From: Squalus acanthias
Lineage: Eukaryota
Length of the DNA: 64,000 bases
Assembly (NCBI GenBank): GCA_030390025.1
Contig: CM059436.1
Location: 38,130,001-38,194,000, forward strand
Reading direction: 5' to 3'
Both the position numbers and the translations under genes were made by a program. The notes under the pieces were generated by a model. That model searched no databases and was not told where the DNA came from. It saw nothing but the letters and a program-made list of their open reading frames with translations. Below are positions 46,566 through 59,276 of this stretch, one piece after another (the stretch's first letter is position 1; each line of letters opens with the position of its first letter).

Positions 46566-49015
46566 TAAAGGATCCCCTTGGAATGAGTGACCATAACATG
46601 GTTGAGTTCCATATTCAATTAGAGGGTGAGAAGGTTGGATCTCAAACAAGCGTGCTAAGCTTGAATAAAGGAGACGATGAAGGTATGCGAGCGGAATTGA
46701 GTAGAGTGGATTGGGAAAATAGATTAAAGGGTAAGACGACACATGATCAGTGGTGTACATTCAAGGAGTTATTTTACAACTTCCAAAAAAAATATATTCC
46801 ACTGAAAAGAAAAGGGTGTAAAAGAAAGGACAGTCATCCGTAGCTAAGTAAAGAAATTAAGGATAGTATTCGACTAAAAACAAGTGCATATAAGGTAGCG
46901 AAATCTAGTGGGAGGACAGAGGATTGGGAAAACTTTAAAAGGCAGCAAAAAATAACAAAAAGATTGATTAAGAAAGGGAAGATAGATTATGAAAGTAAAT
47001 TAGCAAAAAATATAAAAACAGATAGTAAGAGTTTTTATAGTTATATAAAAAGAAAAAGGGTGGCTAAAGTAAATGTTGGTCCCTTAGAGGATGAGATAGG
47101 GAAATTAATGGTGGGAAATATGGAGATGGCAAAAACACTGAATGAATATTTTGTATCAGTCTTTACAGTAGAGGACACTAAGAATATCCCAACACTGGAC
47201 AAACAGGGGGCTATAGGGGGAGAGGAGCTAAACACGATCAAAATCACTAAGGAAGTGGTACTCGGTAAAATAATGGGACTCAAGGCGGATAAATCACCTG
47301 GACCTGATGGCTTACATCCTAGAGTCTTGAAGGAAGTGGCGGTAGGGATTGTAGATGCATTGGTAATAATTTTTCAAAACTCCCTGGATTCCGCTAAGGT
47401 CCCGGCAGACTGGAAAACTGCTAATGTAACACCCTTATTTAAAAAGGGCAGTAGACAGAAGGCTGGTAACTATAGACCGGTTAGCCTAACATCTGTGGTA
47501 GGTAAAATTTCGGAGTCCATTATTAAGGAAACAGTAACAGGACATTTGGATAATCATAATTTAATAGGACAAAGTCAGCATGGTTTTACAAAGGGGAAGT
47601 CATGTTTGACAAATTTGCTGGAGTTCTTTGAAGAAGTAACATATAGAGTGGATAAAGGGGAACCAGTGGACGTAGTGTATTTAGACTTCCAAAAGGCATT
47701 TGACAAGGTGCCACATAAAAGATTATTGCTTAAGGTAAAAAATCACGGGATTGGGGGTAATATTCTGGCATGGATAGAGGATTGGCTATCTAACAGAAAG
47801 CAAAGAGTTGGGATAAATGGTTCATTCTCAGACTGGCAATCAGTAACTAGTGGTGTTCCACAGGGGTCAGTGCTGGGTCCCCAACTCTTTACAATCTATA
47901 TTAACGATTTGGAGGAAGGGACCAAGTGTAACATATCAAAATTTGCAGATGATACAAAGATGGGAGGGAAAGTAGTGAGTGAGGAGGACATAAAAAACCT
48001 GCAAGGGGACATAGACAGGCTAAGTAAGTGGGCAGAGATTTGGCAGATGGAATACAACACTGGAAAGTGTGAGGTGATGCACTTTGGCAGGAAAAATCCT
48101 AGAGCAATTTATTATCTTAATGGCAAGAAACTGGAGAGTACTGAAGTGCAAAGGGATCTGGGGGTCCTGGTGCACGAAACTCAAAAGGTTAGTATGCAGG
48201 TGCAGCAAGTGATTAAGAAGGCAAATGGAATGTTGGCTTTCATTGCTAGGGGGATAGAATATAAAAATAGGGAGGTATTGCTTCAGTTGTATAAGGTATT
48301 GGTGAGACCGCACCTGGAATATTGCATACAGTTTTGGTGTCCTTACTTAAGGAAAGACATCCTTGCTCTCGAGGCAGTGCAAAAAAGGTTCACTCGGTTA
48401 ATCCCGGGGATGAGGGGGTGGTCATATGAGGAGAGGTTGGGTAGATTGGGACTCTACTCATTGGAGTTCAGAAGAATGAGAGGCGATCTTATTGAAACAT
48501 ATAAGATTGTGAAGGGGTTGGATCGGGTGGATGCGGGGAGGATGTTCCCGATGACGGGTGAGACGAGAACTAGGGGACATAGTCTTAGAATAAGGGGCTG
48601 CTCTTTCAAAACTGAGATGAGGAGGAACTACTTCACTCAGAGGGTGGTAGGTCCATGGAATATGCTGCCACAAAAAGCTGTAGAAGCTACATCATTAAAT
48701 AAATTTAAAACAGAAATAGACAGTTTCCTAGAAGTAAAGGGCATTAAGGGTTACGGGGAGCGGGCAGGAATTTGGACATGAGTCTAGGTTCGGATCGGTC
48801 ATGGCCCTGTGGGTAGTGGAGCGGGCCCAGGGACCGTGTAGCCTGATTCTGCTCCTATTTCGTGTGTGCAATTCTGTTAGATGCAGGAGATGGTTCTGTG
48901 ATAGTAGATTGGCGGTTAGGATCAGATCAGCCATGATCTTATTGAATGGCGGAGCAGGCTCGAGGGGCCGATTGGCCTACTCCTGCTCCTATTTCTTATG
49001 TTCTTATGTTCTTAT
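46566..49015 (+). mobile_element. Young 5'-truncated CR1 LINE inserted antisense into ORF1 of the older CR1
   Basis: Host ORF1 splits at ccccgag|gacatcgg; (ttcttatg)n tail; long open RT frame. Confidence 0.93.
46964..48781 (+). CDS. CR1 ORF2 reverse transcriptase (605-aa open segment)
   Basis: [43 protein letters not shown]; in-frame stop upstream at 46841-46843, endonuclease mostly truncated. Confidence 0.85.
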   Translation: MIKKGKIDYESKLAKNIKTDSKSFYSYIKRKRVAKVNVGPLEDEIGKLMVGNMEMAKTLNEYFVSVFTVEDTKNIPTLDKQGAIGGEELNTIKITKEVVLGKIMGLKADKSPGPDGLHPRVLKEVAVGIVDALVIIFQNSLDSAKVPADWKTANVTPLFKKGSRQKAGNYRPVSLTSVVGKISESIIKETVTGHLDNHNLIGQSQHGFTKGKSCLTNLLEFFEEVTYRVDKGEPVDVVYLDFQKAFDKVPHKRLLLKVKNHGIGGNILAWIEDWLSNRKQRVGINGSFSDWQSVTSGVPQGSVLGPQLFTIYINDLEEGTKCNISKFADDTKMGGKVVSEEDIKNLQGDIDRLSKWAEIWQMEYNTGKCEVMHFGRKNPRAIYYLNGKKLESTEVQRDLGVLVHETQKVSMQVQQVIKKANGMLAFIARGIEYKNREVLLQLYKVLVRPHLEYCIQFWCPYLRKDILALEAVQKRFTRLIPGMRGWSYEERLGRLGLYSLEFRRMRGDLIETYKIVKGLDRVDAGRMFPMTGETRTRGHSLRIRGCSFKTEMRRNYFTQRVVGPWNMLPQKAVEATSLNKFKTEIDSFLEVKGIKGYGERAGIWT

Positions 49016-50289
49016 GACATCGGTCCCGGTCCTGCCCAGGTGCAAACCATCCAGTTTGTACTGGTCCCACCTCCCCCAGAACCAGTTCCAATGTCCCAGG
49101 AATTTGAATCCATCCCCCTTGCACCATTCTTCTAGCCACGTATTCATCTGAAATAGCCTTCTATTTCTACTCTGACCAGTACGTGGCACGGGTAGCAATC
49201 CTGAAATTACTACCTTTGAGGTCCTATTTTTTAATTTGCCTCCTAACTCCCTATATTCAGCTTTTAGGACCTCATCCCGTTTTTTACCTATATCGTTGGT
49301 ACCTATATGCACCACGACAACTGGCTGTTCACCCTCCCCCTCCACAAGCCATGGAAAGATTGTCAGCAGATTTGCAATATTTTTTTCCCTATGAACTGAT
49401 TGTATTTTCCAATAAGATTTTACCCTTGTTATACTTCAGCAGTAAGAATTAAGATAAACCTTCATCACCCGTGTGTTTTTGGAAAGGTCAGATTTTAGGC
49501 TAGCTGTGTGAAGTATGTATTTAGTGCTAAATCTGTATTTTATACAAAATACATCAATAAAGACAAAAATAACTATTATAACCTGCTGCACTGCTTAATT
49601 TTACAATACTGTTTCCCTATTTTAAACCCAAGTTTTATTAAATCTAAAATACAAATGTGGTGGCACAATGACACTGCACAGCTGAGTGCCAATGCACAGT
49701 GTCTGGGAATGGGAAGATGCAGGTTCAATGCTCATCTTCTGACTTGAGTGGCACTGTACCGGGCAGCATTGAACATAGGCAAGAGGGCTGATGTTCCTGA
49801 CCCTAACGCCCCAGGAGCACCTGTAGGTGAGCAGGAGTAAATCGGAAAATTGGGCAGAGACCGATAACACCAGGAATGCTTCCCACAAACCTCCTGTCCT
49901 CTTTCAAGAGGACTCCATAGTTCTGTATAAGAGGTAGGCACAGCAATACAAATATAAACTGTTCATTGCCTTTGTGATGTTAGCACAACCTGCGATCCGA
50001 TTTCCTGCTCAACTGCCCAATCACGGGTCGTGCGCAAGCCGTCCACATTAAAAGAGGTGCCATGGTTCTTTTTGAGCATTATATGGCTTGAGACATTGAT
50101 TGAAAAGGTATAAGGATTGATACTTTAGTTTTTTTGTATACCTCATAGGGTTTGTTTAAAAATCAAACTTGGATACTCTATTGAGAGGGTTTTAGCTGCT
50201 GGGATGAGACCCTATTGTATTGTATTATGAGGGTCCCTTTTGGAATCCCCCTGTTCATATATTATTTGGAGGGGGAAGAGGAGGATGAG

Positions 50290-52960
50290 GTAACATAAAA
50301 TGGAACCCAAAAGTCTTTTATAAACATATAAATAGTAAAAGGACAGTCAAAGGAAGGGTGGGGCCGATTAGGGACCAAAAAGGAGGCAGTGGGCATGGCT
50401 GAGGTACTAAATGAGTACTTTGCATCTGTCTTCACGAGAGTAGAGGATGCTGCCAATGTCACATTAAGGAAGAGGTAGTAGAGAAATTGAATAGGAAAAA
50501 ATAGATAAAGAGGAGGTATTTAAAAGGCTGGCAGTACTCAAAGTACAAAAGTCACCCGGTCCAGATGGGATGCATTCTAGGTTGCTGGAGGTAAGTAAGA
50601 ATGGAAATTATGAAGGCTCTGGTTACCATCTTCCAATCCTCCTTAGATATGAGAATGGAGGATTGCAAATGTTACACTCCCCGTTCAAAAAAAGGGAAAA
50701 AAGCAGAGAGGGATAAACCCGGCAACTAAAGAGAGACATTGGGCTGGATTTTGTCAATGGGGAGCTTTTGAAGGCGGGACTCCCACTTGACGGGTTTTAG
50801 TCCCACCTCCAACGACTTGTGGCCAACCCAAGCTATTTTCCCTTGATTGACCTTGTTAAGCCCACCCAGCGGGGTTAGCAGGCCAATTAAGGGAAAGCCG
50901 ATTACAGGTGACGTCAGCGAGTGACGTTTCATCTGTCAAAAGCTTTTGACAGATGAAATGTCAGCGTTTGACAGCTCTGTGAAGTTGTCAAACACTGGCA
51001 ATCTGTCTTCTAAGTTGAGTCTTTGCTCAAGACTCAATTAGAAAGCCTTCCTGAGCAGAAAGCAGAGGCTGCAGCTTTTGACAGTTCAGCGGCCATTCTG
51101 CTTTCTGTGCCGGTGAGCTGAGGGACTCCCGAGACCTGAAGGGAGGAAGCCTGCAGGAAGAAGTAAAGGTAAGTAAAACATATTAAAACACTTTACAAAC
51201 ACCTCACACACTTACCTCTGCACACATGCACCCATCACTCACCTGCACACCGGACATCTCGGCCCCTCCGACCCCTGCAGACCAACAGCCTGCCTCGCTG
51301 ACCCTGGCGAGGTTCGGAGCCATCGGGAAGCCTACACTTCAGGGCTCAAAATGGGGATTAGCCAAAAAACTGCCTGTTACCTACCTGTTAACAGGCAGTT
51401 AATTGGCACTAATCCCCTTCCCGCCTCGAGGAGACGGGACCCGGCGCGGGTTGGGTACCCGCCTCCTGGGAAGATGGCACGGAGGCGGGTTGGGGGCGGG
51501 ATGGGTACCCGCCCCCAGATTCTGCCATTTTCCCGGCAGTCCCGCCTCCAAACCTGCCTCCCCAAGCCTGGCAAGATCGTCCCCATTAATCCGGGTCAAA
51601 ATTAATTGGCACTTGGAAAAATATGGGTTGATAAATGAAAGCCTGAATGGATTGGTTAAAGGCAAATTATAGTGTTTAATTAACTTGATTGGGTTCATTG
51701 ATGAAGTAATGGAAAGGGTTGATGAGGGTAATGCAGTTGATGTTGTGTATCGGGACTTTCAAAAGGCGTTTGATAAACTACCACATAATAGACTTGTTAG
51801 CAAAATTGAAGTCCAAAGTATTAAAGTGGCAGTGGCTGCATGGCTACAAAATTGGCTAAAAGACAGAAAGCAGAGAATAGTGGTGAGCGGTTGTGTTTCT
51901 AAACTGGAGGGAAGTATGCAGTGTTGCCGGCACCAACTCCCTGCCCCCCCACCCCAGCCACCGGCCCCCCAGCGGTCGGTGTTGGGGCCACTGCTCGTTT
52001 TGATATGTATTAATGACCTGGACTTGGATATACAGGGCATAATTTCGAAGTTTGCAGACGACACGAAACTCGGAAATGTAGTAACCAGTGAGGAGAATAG
52101 TAACAGACTTCAGGAGGACATTGATGGACTGGTGAAATCGGCAGACACATGGCAGATGAAATTTAATGCCGAGAAGTGTGAAGTGATGCATTTTGGTAGG
52201 AAGAATGAGGAGAGGCAGTATAAACTAAATTGTAAAATTTTAAAGGGGGTGCAGGAACAGAGAGACCCGGCGGGTGTACGTACACAAGTCTTTGAAGGTG
52301 GCAGTTGAGAAGATTGTTAAAAGGGCATATGGAATCCTTGGCTTTAGAAATAGAGGCATAGAGTACAAAAGCAAGGAAGTCATGCTAAACCTTTATAAAA
52401 CACTGGTTAGGCCCCAGCTGGAGTATTGTGTCCCATTCTGGGCACCACACTTTAGGAAGGATGTCAAGGCCTTAGAGAAGGTGCAGAGGAGATTTACTAC
52501 AATGGTGCCAGGGATGAAAGGCTTCTGTTATGTGGAGAGACTAGAGAATCTGGAGTTGTTCTCCTTAGAGCAGAGAAGGTTAAGGGGAGATTAGATAGAG
52601 GTGTTCAAAATAATGAAGTGTTTTGATAGAGTAAATAAGGAGAAACTGTTTCTAGTGGTAGATGGGTCGGTAACCAGAGGACACAGATTTAAGGTAATTG
52701 GCAAAAGAACCAGAGGCAACATGAGGAAAAAATTTATACAGCGAGCTGTTATGATCTGAAATGCACTGCCTGAAAGGATGGTGGAAGCACGTTCAATAAT
52801 AACTTTCAAAATGGAATTGGATAAATACTTGAACTGGAAAAAGTTGCAGGGCTATGGGGAAAGAGGAGGGGATTGGGACTATTGGATAGCTCATTTAAAG
52901 AGCCAGCACAGGCACGATGGGCTGAATGGACTCCTTCTGTGCTGTATCATTCTATGATTC
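50290..52960 (+). mobile_element. Degraded CR1 LINE split by a Harbinger MITE
   Basis: ORFs 51685-52308 and 52274-52594 (DFQKAFD, KFADD, LEYCVPFW); CR1 tail. Confidence 0.88.
50741..51584. mobile_element. Harbinger-derived non-autonomous element (844 bp)
   Basis: Imperfect TIRs GGGCTGGATTTTGTCA / TGGCAAGATCGTCCCC, similar to the 16355 element; TSD ATT (50738-50740, 51585-51587); GC-rich cccgcc subterminal motifs. Confidence 0.78.
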
Positions 52961-52989
52961 TTTGATGTGGGGTTTATGTTCTCACAGAG

Positions 52990-53450
52990 AGGAGTGCCCC
53001 TTTCATGAATAGAAAGGGGTACAACTCCATAAATGTGCAACTTGTGTGTGACCACTGGCATAAAATTATGCAGGTTAGTGTCAGGTTTCTTGGCAGCTTA
53101 CATAACTCTTTCATACTCAGGCAATCTACCATCCTACAATTGTTTGAGGAAGTAGGAGAATCGAAAGGGTGGCTGCTAAGGGACCTTGGATACTTAACTT
53201 GGCTATGGCTAATGAAACTCATGCATCAACCAACAGAAGTTCAGGTGCTTGGACTGGTCCAGCAATATCCTTCAGTATAATCCAGAGAAGCTCATTGCAG
53301 CATGTTATGTCTTGCATAACATTGCAAATGATAGAGGGATCCAACCAACTGATGAGAAGATCTGGTCTGAAAAGGAGCAGAAAGTTATGCTGGAGGAAGA
53401 GGAGGAGCTTCCAGGAAGGCCCAAGGAACTCAACCACCAACAGGAAGAAC
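52990..53450 (+). pseudogene. HARBI1-like transposase fragment
   Basis: MNRKGYNSINVQLVCDHWHKIMQVSVRFLGSLHNSFILRQS..GWLLRDLGY..LQYNPEKLIAACYVLHNIA. Confidence 0.85.
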
Positions 53451-54418
53451 CATCTACAGAAACATCAGTCTGGATACTTTCTTCTAAAATTGTCATAATA
53501 GGAAACAACTTCATTCACCCCCCCCCCCCCCCCCGCGCCCCCCCATCACCCCCATCACCACCATCACCACCACCACAGCAGTAAACGATCCCATATCCAT
53601 CTGGAAAACCACCATCACCACTTCCAACCACAACCATTCCACTACCTTCAAAGCCACAAAATGGAACTTACACTGCCATATACTAGTGCCACCAAATTTA
53701 TAGTACGGATCTTTCCATCATGTCAGTGTTTAACTAATTCTCTCTACAGTGCTTCCCCTTCCTAACAGTGTTAATCTTTTGTACATGACTAATTAAACTA
53801 GTGCTTCTCTGGAATGATGCCTCAAAGGCAGGAACAGGACTGGATGATGGCAGCTGATTGCTGTTGTCAGTCTCTGGGACTGAATTTGGCTTTCGATTAG
53901 ATCAAGCTGTAGATCTTCCTTGAACATCCTTCTTTTCAGGCAAGTACTGCTGAGTTCTGGGTCCCACAAGCCATAATAGCTTTCTCCTCAACATCTACTG
54001 GGAAGATGGCACTTCTTTACCCAGTCCCCACTCCTCCGGCTGCCTCATGCTCTGTGAATCACCCATTGGCTCGTCTTCGCTAACACTATCTAATTGCTCC
54101 CAGGTGAAGTATCTGAGCAGTTGTTGTGGTTGATCTGCATGAAAGCAGGGCAGAAGCTCAAAATGGGTGAAGGTGGGGGTAGGTTGTATATGTGTGGAGC
54201 TTCACAGGGATGCCGGGATGACAGTACAGGTGCTCAGTCACTAACTGGCACTGGTAATATGCCACTGACCTCGCCATCTCTGACTAGCACTTTTAAAATG
54301 TAAAAAAGGAGATGGAGAACCATTAAAATATACAAACAGCTCTCTTTACCAACATTTATCATTAAGGGGTAATTCAGATGTATAGAATTACCTTTAAAAT
54401 GATATTAATTAACATAGT

Positions 54419-54619
54419 GGAGTAAATTTTGTAACGCTCCACTCCTGGCACAGAGGCCAACATGCCTGATTCATCCGATTTTTCTGGTGATTAATTAAAA
54501 TCATCGTAAAATTGTGAGTACCGTGAATCAGGCGCACTTAACTCTGTGGCTGATTCCTTGATTCACACGCCCATCAGTGAGGCTCCTCTTTGGGAGCAGA
54601 GCGTCACAAAATTTACTCC
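54419..54619. mobile_element. MITE with 27-bp TIRs
   Basis: ggagtaaattttgtaacgctccactcc / ggagcagagcgtcacaaaatttactcc (24/27); internal inverted gcctgattca / tgaatcaggc; no clean TSD. Confidence 0.65.
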
Positions 54620-56937
54620 GTTATCCTAACTGTTATATTGTCTGCATGCACATAACAGTGAAGGCCACTGGTTTGTGGTTTTCACAGAATATAGCTGGAA
54701 TTATGGAATTTGATTCCTAAAATGCTGGTAAAAATCCCAGAAAATCCCGTATAGCTAATAAGTTGCAACTGCCTAGGAATCAACTTCCCCCCCGCCCCCC
54801 CCCTCTAATTCCTCTGGTTTTTGAGTGCAACAGCAGTATGTGAATGAGTGGGCCTGGCAAAACCCTCAGAGGCCACGTCTGTGTGAAAATGCGCTTGCAC
54901 CAATGATGCATCCAAAGCAGAATGTCAGCCCCATAGTGATTGGAGGAATTCTTCCCCTGAGCTTAATTCAAGCATATCACTTTCTGCTGCATGCTTCTTT
55001 GCAAAGGAGAGAATTATTTTGGTACTTTTGCCAGCGTAAAACATGCTCAAGTACTGTTTATTTTGATTATGGTCTTAAGCTGCCACATGGAACATATACA
55101 CATCTGCCCCTGTGGGTGAAGTGCTGACAGCCACTGTTGTGAGCACATTGATGGGCATTATTCCTAAACCTGTGATTTCATACATGGCAATGTCTTTCAT
55201 ACTGTGATATCATTCGCTTAAGATTGTTGTTTCTGGAATTTACTGCTATTGGCAGCCAATTATTTTGTCATTTAGCAACATTTCAGGTCAGTTGCAAGAC
55301 TTAGCCAATGTATGTAATAAAAAATCATTAAAGCATTTTATTGCATGGAGTTCTATGGAGCTGCAAAAGAATTTCATTTCAGTTGCAACAAATTTTCATT
55401 GGTCAGAGTCAAATATTTGAATGATTTGTAATTCTTTCTTTTTTTTAACAGGCCAAAGTAACGTGTAATTCCAGTGCATGTACACTGAAGTAAATTCCTT
55501 TAACCAATTTTTAACCTTCTACATAAGCATATGAATGTGCTTATGATAAGCAAGCTGCGTAGCAAATGTAGCCAACGACATGAATCAGAGAAACACAAAA
55601 GGACAGAATTTCGTCTTATTGCACTTAGGTGTAAAGAATTTCCCTGGTGCAATGCCTTGAGGAAGATCGGTCAGGATTCTTTACAAGAACGCAATCCTTC
55701 CCAGCAAATTTTCCTCTGTGCTCCATGCCCAGTCCAACTCGTTATACTCAAGCTCAATACTCGGAAAATCAGCCCTCACCGTGGCTTTTCTTTCATTCAT
55801 GTGTTAAGCACATGTCTGAAATACTAAATGTTTTAAAAAATAAACTATTATATTTTAACAGACAGAAAATTATTTAAAGAAGAGACGAGCCTTGTTCTGC
55901 TAAACTATGCAGTTGATTTTACAAGTATAGTAAATCTGTAGACTTGGAGTAAGTAGGAAATAAAATAAATAGGACACAGAAAGCATTTTTAACTTTTTTT
56001 TACATTTGCTAAATATATTTGTACAATTAAAAATATTGTCTATAGTGTGTCACACATTAAATGCACCACCCTTTTCTGATTGGTACAAATGCACAACTTA
56101 ACCATCCTAATTTGCTGAAATGTAGATCAGCAAAGAAACCCACAGAAAAGCAAATACTTGAAGGATTGCAATTTCAACAAATGACATCACTGAATTTATT
56201 GAATTTATTGGCCGTTTTCCCCGTGTCGTTCGTGCAAAATTGGGACAAGCACTTTCTATGGCCAGCAAATTGGGGCAGAAGTTGTGTCCACCAGTTTTCA
56301 CCCCAAAACACATTTCTGTCAAATTTCCACATTTTGATCCTTCCCGCAAACCCCACGCTGAGTCCCCAGCCATCTCATCTCCTGGTTTTACGCTTGCAAT
56401 GCACTAGGGGTAAATTAGAATGAGAAATATAAGACACAGCTGTTGGCAGGATCAGTGGAGACAGGCGTAAGTAAGGAGATTCTGAGCCGAAAGATTGCTG
56501 AAAGTTTGAGTAATGATTACGGCAGCTGGGAATGACTTTTTAGAGCTACTTTTTTTTTCATTCATGCTAGACAGCCTTGGAAGTGCTTCTAACTGCCTGT
56601 GGAAGCACAAGATCACTCGAAGATTTTGACCACCCACCCAAATTGAGGGCTTCTCAGGAGCAGGTACTGCATTCCCTATGGGTATATCTTTGTATGTCAT
56701 TATCATGAAGGAGGAGTAGCAGTCAAAGAAAGGAGAGTGAGACAGCATTTAAGGAGGGTGCACCCCACCAGATCTTATCCCCCCCCCTCAAAGAATATAC
56801 AGGCAACGCAGGTCCTATGAAGACCTTAGTGAATAGATATGTATTAGAAGAAGGCGCTTCACCAAAGAGACAATAGGAGAGCTCTGCCACTTACTGCTTG
56901 AGGACCTATATCCATGGACATCTGATTGCCCATGGTG

Positions 56938-57255
56938 CCAGCCTTGGCTCAGTGGTAGCACTCTCCCTCTGAGTCAGCAGGTTGTGGATTCAAGTCCCAC
57001 TCCAGAGATTTGAGCACAAAATAAAATTTAGTCTGGCACTCCAATGCAGTACTGAGGGAGTGCTGCACTGTTGGAGGTGCCGTCTTTTGGATGAGACGTT
57101 AAACCGAGGCCCCGTCTGCTCTCTCAGTTGGATGTAAAAGATCCCATGGCACTATTTTGAAGAAGAGCAGGAGAGTTTTCCCCAGTGTCCAGGCCAATAT
57201 TTATCCCTCAATCAACATCACTAAAACAGATTATCTGGTCATTATCACATTGCTG
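56938..57255 (+). mobile_element. Deu-domain SINE (SacSINE1-like), 3'-truncated
   Basis: A box tggctcagtggt, B-box-like gattcaagtcc, core tgcagtactgagggagtgctgcactg..gatgagacgttaaaccgaggcccc. Confidence 0.8.
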
Positions 57256-58373
57256 ATGTGGGTCCTTGGGCCATTTCAGGCAGGCATGGGGAATCTCTAT
57301 AATAACAGCCAGGGTGGAGTATGGACATGTATTTGCTAGATGACTGCTCTTCAAGGAAAATGATCATTTCAACAGCAGGTTTGTAAGTCACAAGATGTAT
57401 CCCTTGCTCCCATGCCAGACAGTGATCCAAACCCTTTCCTACTTACCTATGGCTCCCCCAGTCTGCTACTACAATCTTCAGCCAGAGCTTAGTTTGTAAA
57501 GGCTATGTTCTAATTTCCAAGCACCCCCAACATGTGACTCCCATGTTTACATGGGATTTGTGCTGCAGATCCTCTAATGGATATACAAGTGAGCTGACAC
57601 ACAAAATCCTGGAGGATTCAGCACTGTGGAGCATCCAGATGCATTGACACAAATCTGGTGCAACTCACTGTGTGGAATTTTGGGGGCATTCTGTCAAATT
57701 GGTTGTAACCACCACTTTTTTTGACACAACTGAGTAAATAGTCATATAAATAACATAATAAAAATACATAGAAACACTAAACTTGCCCATACATTTCTCT
57801 GTAATGCACTCCACATTCCTACAATACCATTTCTTTCCAGAGGTCTATCTGTTTCTTGGGGGGCTGGGACTATCTCTTGTCCTTCTCTGCAGTTCTATTT
57901 CTTCACCTGGACTTTGTTGCACACATGCATGACCTGGCACCTTATTCTCCGCACGTCCACACGGTTTTGGCTCACTTTCACTTTCAATTCCTGCCGCTTA
58001 CTCTCCACAAGGATGACAAGTTGGTCTCAGGCTCAAAACTGCCCATCACCTCTCAAAGTCCGCCAGAAAGAAGTGGAGAAGCCCTGCTCCTCTACCTTTG
58101 ACATGCAATAAGAAAACAAAATCAACCACTTATTTCCTGCCTGCCACCATTAAATAAAAACCTAAATACTGGGCTAGAAGACACTGCCAACTGTAAGACC
58201 GAGTCCACACCGTAAAAGAGGCTCCCATTCTCCAGCTGCCCTTGCTCTTCCCTCCCTTGTAATTTACAAAATAAATTGTCAAACCGTGGCGGTTGCCAGA
58301 TCACTTGATTGATCAATTTCAAAGGCTGTGTGTTCCAGTCCTTTTGATGTTTCAGCTGCTCCAGGTGTGTGCC

Positions 58374-58808
58374 ATAGAAACATAGAAACATAGAATCTAG
58401 GAGCAGGAGTATGCCATTCGGCCCGTCGAGCCTGCTCCGCCATTCAATACGATCATGGCTGATCATCCAAATCCAGTACCCTGTCCCTGCTTTAATCCCC
58501 ACAGTACACATATCCCACCCTACCCCCGTAACCCCACGTATTTAATTACCCCTAACATATCCCATCCTATCCCCATAACCCCACATATTTAATCCCCCCT
58601 AACACTAAGGGTCAATTTATCATAGCCAAATCAACCTAACCCACACATTTTTGGACTGTGGGAGGAAACCGGAGCACCCGGAGGAAACCCACGCAGACAC
58701 GGGGAGAATGTGCAAACTCCACACAGACAGTCACCCGAGGTCAGATTCGAACCCGGGTCTCTGGCGCTGTGAGGCACCAGTGCTAACCACTATGCCACCG
58801 TGTTGCCC
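58374..58808 (-). mobile_element. HE1-type V-SINE with CR1-derived tail
   Basis: tRNA head (rc GGGCAACACGGTGGCATAGTGGTTAGCAC..GGTTCGAATC), V-domain (gtgggaggaaaccggagcacccggaggaaacccacgcagacacggggagaatgtgcaaactccacacagac on +), CR1-like 3' end. Confidence 0.88.
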
Positions 58809-59276
58809 CTTACAGGACTGCCATCATGGCACTCTCTTGTGAATTCGTGCTGAACTTGCTTATGTTGCTGTCACTGTCTTTGTTGTTTATCAGAAGATGA
58901 AAAAGCCATCTTTGACATCAACAAAAAAAAACCAAGCAGGTGTTCAAACAAGTGGAAAAAGAGAAGGACGAAAGAACTCAAATGCCTACTGCTCGGTAAG
59001 TGAAGAAAGGTGTGCTCAAAGTGTTGGTGCACTCTCTCTAATACAACTTGACAGGCAGCTTTAGGCCTGAGACCAACTTGTCATCCATGTGGAGATTAAA
59101 CAGCAGCAAGGATTTTTTAGTGCAAGCAGCCCACAGTGCTGTGGATGTGCAACAACCTGGAGGATTCAGCTCTGTAGAGCATCAAGATGAATTGGCACAA
59201 ATCTGGTGCGCCAGGAGTTTGAGTGTCAGCTCATTTGCAATGGTAAAGCAAATAAATAGTCAAATTAATTAAAAAA

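Larger units (their letters stand above)
43225..49345 (-). mobile_element. Near-full-length CR1 LINE (ORF1 esterase part, endonuclease, RT) with nested CR1 and solo LTR
   Basis: ORF1 SGNH-like VVVHIGTNDIG..LDGLHL (49004-49345) resuming LGGVFASAVGEGLN* at 46565; APE LNARS..GITETWL..MGDFN..SDHNMI (45565-46398); RT 43750-45027 with FADD; tail at 43225. Confidence 0.93.

Noticed and set aside
43909-48673. Many 60-140 aa ORFs antisense to CR1 frames
   Set aside because: Shadow ORFs of LINE coding sequence with no independent motifs
53515-53580. Poly-proline ORF end / G-quadruplex-like C-run
   Set aside because: Low-complexity C-run and (cca/tca)n tract in a decayed Harbinger 3' region
55531-56423. 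Short ORFs as host coding exons
   Set aside because: Candidate acceptors lead to early stops and the peptides have no recognisable domain
58730-58808. tRNA gene
   Set aside because: tRNA-derived head of the HE1 SINE, continuous with the V-domain; the same applies to SINE heads at 2850 and 56940
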